DNA of 63,732 bases, counting the filler, from Octopus bimaculoides (taxonomy: Eukaryota), in NCBI RefSeq assembly GCF_001194135.2. It is 6 parts of 5 records of this genome, joined end to end, with 100 filler letters (N's around TTAATTAATTAA, not from the genome) between each part and the next. Parts side by side here need not be neighbours in the genome. Positions count along the whole stretch, not along the records: positions 61,927 to 63,732 come from NW_026377917.1; 5 more parts are not named here. One strand, given 5' to 3'. Position numbers and translations under genes: made by a program. Under the pieces are notes generated by a model that saw only the letters and a program-made list of their open reading frames with translations, searched no databases and had not been told where the DNA came from. Of the stretch, positions 63,441-63,732 are shown one piece after another. Within the stretch, counting starts at the first letter, position 1. Each line of letters opens with the position of its first letter.

Positions 63441-63732
63441 TACATGCACACTGGCTCCCTCCTCAGCCATTGCAAAAATTAACGAACAGAGGAGAAGCCC
63501 AGCAAAACAAAGATACACCATGGGGCAGTATGACTCCAGTTGACAACACTGCTCAGCAGACTGATGCCTCAGAGTTACATCAAGTGACCTCTAGTGGTGG
63601 AAGATTGAACTATAATGGAATTGTCCCACAGAGAAAGTTTCCAGTAATTTTTGGATACCTCCTCGTACACATGCACACATACATACAGACATACAAACAT
63701 ACACACACACACACATGTATATACACACATAC

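Overview
AT-rich, repeat-dominated, gap-ridden eukaryotic genomic DNA. The repeat families look like those of Octopus (cephalopod); this is inferred from recalled repeat sequences, not from a database search. No intact protein-coding gene is present. The only convincing host coding sequence is one 144-bp, phase 1-1 internal exon (62097-62240, +) encoding the C-terminal half of a SUEL-type (Gal/Rha-binding) lectin domain. The rest is microsatellites, many tRNA-derived SINEs and decayed transposons. These include several restriction-like-endonuclease (RLE) LINE families (R4/Dong-like, sitting in (TAA)n or (CATA)n tracts), a CRE-like LINE, an RTE tail, two different Penelope-like elements (PLEs), a DD37D maT/Tc1 transposase, hAT/MITE ends and Helitron-like ends. 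Nearly all long ORFs in the supplied track are artefacts of microsatellites or N-gaps. Main points of interest: (1) a type-I minimal hammerhead ribozyme repeat, present twice, once downstream of a tRNA-like Pol III head (a SINE/retrozyme hybrid), plus degenerate hammerheads elsewhere; (2) a 355-bp fold-back of one PLE GIY-YIG domain that truncates the GIY-YIG of a different PLE; (3) LINE tails repeatedly found inside (CATA)n or (TAA)n, including one LINE split at its own Ile-Ile-Ile codons; (4) an apparent CpG-depletion boundary near 53 kb, suggesting a methylated gene body; (5) synthetic TTAATTAATTAA spacers inside gaps.
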